Notes under the pieces: model-generated
Seen by the model: only the letters and a program-made list of their open reading frames with translations
Told to the model about the DNA's origin: nothing
Databases searched by the model: none
Position numbers and translations under genes: made by a program
NCBI GenBank assembly: GCA_964016885.1
Contig: OZ024740.1
Span: 96,224,001 to 96,288,000, forward strand
Reading direction: 5' to 3'
DNA from: Eledone cirrhosa
Taxonomy: Eukaryota
Length of the DNA stretch: 64,000 bases
Part shown: one piece after another, positions 59,813-64,000 of the stretch
Numbering within the stretch: position 1 is the first letter of the stretch
Layout: each line of letters opens with the position of its first letter

Positions 59813-61025
59813 TATGTGTGTGTGTATGTGTATGTGCATGCATCGTGTCCGTGTATATATGCATGCATGTACACATATATAAATCGCTTCTACTGGACTC
59901 GGACTGTTTCATTCGTATGGAGACATCAGAATATTCCTCGTGATTTCATGCGAATGAAACACTTCTCATATTGTATAAGTCGTTTCTATATATAAAAATG
60001 ATAGCTAATACACTATCATTTTTCATGTGAAAAACCTTCAAGGATCTCAAGTATATCAGCAGCTCTAGAGATTGCCGATAATTCTGCGCTTTCCTACAAC
60101 CAAACCCTCCTAGATAGTATTATTAAGGACAGCATAAAGTACACGCCCAAATATTCCCAGCCGAACCATAATAACAATGCTAACAACAAAAGAAGAAAAA
60201 TAAGACGTATCGTGTACGCACACCATTTCCTTTAAGTAACAGCTAATGTAGGTAAGAAATATTGACATTTAATTCAGATATTTCCCACCACAACATTGAT
60301 AGAGTAAAATATGTAATCGCAATTCCTTTATGATGTCCAATACATATGGCCGTATATTTACTGTAATTAATATGCCCAAAATAAATCTAAGCTCCTCTTG
60401 TAGGATTAAAATAACTGCCTTCCCCAGCAAAAATGTAATATAACATGCGTTGTGTGCGAGGCAGAGATTGCACACAATACCACAAACAATTATGTCGTTA
60501 CCGAAAGATACGTCGGTATGGTTCAATATGATGTTTGCATGCGTATGTGTGTGTTTCTGTGTTTGTTTATGTGGGTGAGTGTATCAGAGTGTATCTATTT
60601 TGGAATGTAAGGAAACAATATGGGAAGATGATACATCAGAAAATTCAAGAAATTATTAAAATAATTAAATATATTCTTCAGTAGCTCACATCAAATATGG
60701 ACATGGCGAAATGTTGCTCAAGAACATGTTTCCCCATGATATTTTCGGGGGTAAATCAGCATTCTTGTTTGGATATCAGTATTTTGCTCCTCAACACAGA
60801 TGTTCTCAAACAGGAACGCAAAGGCCATTACTGATACATACAGGTCAACGTGCAGCCCATTGCTGTGGAACTGACTGGATTGAGGCTACATTAATTACAA
60901 TGTGTGGCTTAGTTACAAAATGCATCATCCAGACCGAAATGTGGATTGTGAGTACAAATATACAAATACCAACACAAGCGCCATATAATATAAAAGCATA
61001 AGTGGACACTCAAACATACATGCAC

Positions 61026-61068
<43 letters not shown>

Positions 61069-61102
61069 TGTGTATACTCACACACACACACACACACATA
61101 TA

Positions 61103-61145
<43 letters not shown>

Positions 61146-61149
<4 letters not shown>

Positions 61150-62685
61150 TTGCGAGGTTTTTTATATGAAATCGTGTGTCGAAGCAAATATTGTTATACT
61201 TGGGGAGGATCATATTTGTGTAATATTGACAGAAATAATAACACACTCACTGTTTGGTTGGTTTTCGCTTCTCGCTGTCTTTTATATCGGTAATCTAACT
61301 TACTCGGTCCTCAATGTTGCCATTGACTGACCGACGGTCAAAAAATAATACAGATACAATGTGATGAAGAATGTTTCCCACATGTGCGACCCAACAGAAA
61401 TGGAAAAACACATCCAACACTTCATCAACCGCATGCAGTTCTCTGGCTACAAGCAAAGAGACAGAGGCAGAGTATACGAAGGAGCCATGGAAACGTATAA
61501 GAACCTCATAGAACTGGACATGAAAGGAATTTGCCCATTATACAGGAGCAAATCATGGAATAGCTTAGATAGGGCTAGACATAAGATAGGGAAAGCCACC
61601 TAATGGTACGACAACCAGAGATACCAGAGTGTCATGTTTGTGGACGCCACCCCTGGAGGGAAATTAGCTAACGAATGTAGAAAGGCCCTGAGAAAGACCC
61701 ACTTAAAAATAAAGGTGGTAGAAAAGCCACGAACCACCATAAAATCCCTGATCAGCAAAACCTACCCTTTGAAGAAAACCCACTGTACCAATAGGAAATG
61801 TATCATATGTAAGGTGAACCCCCGGATAAACTGTAAAACTAGAAACGTAGTCCATAGCATAAGATGTACAGAGGGTACTTGCAAAAACATGACAACAACA
61901 TACATAGTTGAGATAGCTCGTAGCATAGGTGAAAGGATAGACCAACACTGAGGGGAACTAAAAGGACCAAAAAACGGGTCAGTACTATACGAACATGCTA
62001 GACAACAACATGACGGTAACATAGACAACATAGAAATTAGAATAATATCTAAACATAGAAATGACCCAGCAGATAGGCAAATCAGAGAGGCCAGTGAAAT
62101 AGAAATTAGAAGACCAAAGCTAAACAGAAAGAATGAATGGAATAACAACAACACCCAAACAAACAACACTGACCTAAGATAAGTATAAATAAGTAAATAA
62201 AATAAGATAAATAAATAAATAAATAAATAAATAAATGTATACACAAGCACAATAACAACAAGCACATAAACACACACTAGTCACCCATCACACAACAAAC
62301 ATAACACTATACACACACGCAAACGCATGCGCAAAGAAAACAAAATAAAATAAACAAACAAGCAAATAAATAAATAAATATATAGACAGACTGAATAAAA
62401 ATGGCGTAGACATACAACACAACAGGAGGAAAATATAACACCACTGACGATGTTGCAGATGTGCAACGAAAGATTTATGATAAACTATATATATGTGTTT
62501 GTGTGTATATTGTATCTGTATTATTTTTTGACCGTCGGTCAGTCAATGGCAACATTGAGGACCGAGTAAGTTAGATTACCGATATAAAAGACAGCGAGAA
62601 GCAAAAACCAACCAAACAGTGAGTGTGTTCTGTTATTAATTCTGGCAATATTACACAAATATGACCCTCCCCAAGTATAACAATA

Positions 62686-62686
<1 letters not shown>
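61146..62686 (+). mobile_element. 5'-truncated Nematis-like PLE with inverted pseudo-LTR in (TA)n
   Basis: ORF remnant 61361-62180 (RMQFSGY, PLYRSK.W, MFVDATPGG.LA, RNVV..I.C) with stops; 61188-61360 inverted versus 62509-62684. Confidence 0.88.
62440..62482 (+). ncRNA. Minimal type I hammerhead
   Basis: ca-CTGACGA-t.GTTGCA.gatg.TGCAAC-GAAA-GATT-TA-tg; same position as the 49328 motif in the related element. Confidence 0.8.
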
Positions 62687-62723
<37 letters not shown>

Positions 62724-63002
62724 TGCGCGTGTGTGTCTGTTTTTCTGTTCGTTAAACTATTGGTCCGAAATTAACTGACTCTGTTGTTTTTGTAAGAAAA
62801 GCATGGTGCTTTGAAGGATAGATAAACATTTCAAATTTGAAAACATCTATAAATTTAATAACTTTAATAAAGTCATACCGTTGCTTCAAATTATAAATAT
62901 GTCTATGGTCCAGAATATTCAGGCAACAAGATTCATGTGTTTGTGTGTTTGTGTTTGTTTGTCTATGTGGGGGGATGGTGTATGTGTGCGTGTGTGCATG
63001 TG

Positions 63003-63095
<93 letters not shown>

Positions 63096-63575
63096 TTGTG
63101 TTTGTGTGTGTGCATGTGGCTTGGGAATACTTATTGCATTGTTATTTAACAGTTTACTAATTTACGTACAATTGCCTTGTTTAAATGTGTTTTAAGTACA
63201 AGCAACCATGCTCGAAGCTCAGCCATTTTAGACATACATACCCGTAAGTTTCGGTTGAGATTAGCGAGAGACAGGTAGATCGAAAGGTAGACAGATATAA
63301 GAAAAAAACATTTTAAGCACATTTGCTTATGTTCATTATTTCGTTTATTAAAGATTATATGTTCCACACGTGATTCAATAGTTTGCTTACTCGGGTTTAT
63401 GAAATTGTGTCATTCTATAATCCTGAGCCTCACACTGCCTGATAATAATTGAAAACGTATATTTATATAATTTTCAGTCTCCTATTTACTCCCTTTATTA
63501 TACCATTTTTCTAACTCCTTATTTTCTCTATTCTCTTTATGTTTTTCTATAATTCAACAAAATATTTTCTTACGT

Positions 63576-63636
63576 TTTGAAGATGACCTGAAGAACTTAA
63601 CATCGATAATCATGAAAACGCTTAGTGTTATTTAAG
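63576..63636 (+). ncRNA. Degenerate hammerhead-like motif
   Basis: CTGAAGA 63588-94; GAAA 63614-17; stem III AACGC.tta.GTGTT; UA site; stem II poor. Confidence 0.38.
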
Positions 63637-64000
63637 CTACCCTTCTTTCTATTAATCTCTGCTTGATTAGTCATATAACCTCCATTCTAAAACGTTTTAT
63701 TCCTGGATAATGATCGTTTATTCTGTATCTCTTTGGCATCTAATGTGGTGGAAACTTTTGTAGTAATGATAATAAGCTGCACTGCGGAGCGAAAGAGGTG
63801 TTTTTGGTGTCGAAATCTTTTTCCAAAAAGAAATTTGCGAATGTGAATGCATGAGGTGTAATTTGTCCATGCTCTTCACAAGTTTCAGATGTTTCCCTTC
63901 CAAGATCTCCCGTAGGAGTTTTGAAAAAGTTAGGTGGATAATAAATTAAGCATAATATTTTGAAGTGATACTACTTCGGTCTGAACGACCAAATGCTATG

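Noticed and set aside
60711-61001. 96-aa ORF (also 63718-63903)
   Set aside because: No recognisable homology; length compatible with chance

Overview
AT-rich, microsatellite-dense animal DNA, probably an octopod cephalopod (inferred from a tRNA-derived SINE and the composition). I can support no host exon. The window is mostly Penelope-like retroelements (PLEs; tentatively Hydra-, Neptune- and Nematis-type RT/GIY-YIG remnants) and many non-coding derivatives wedged between (TA)n tracts. It also holds SINEs, an RTE-type LINE remnant, a Tc1/mariner remnant and a Helitron helicase remnant. The main unannotated signal is a dense set of hammerhead-ribozyme (HHR) motifs from about a dozen families. 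They occur (i) in 1.3-1.5x tandem ~520-620 nt non-coding units resembling retrozymes and (ii) facing outward at both ends of foldback insertions in (TA)n. Families differ in their palindromic stem III and several have non-canonical cores. All structures were read by eye; none was folded, searched or tested.
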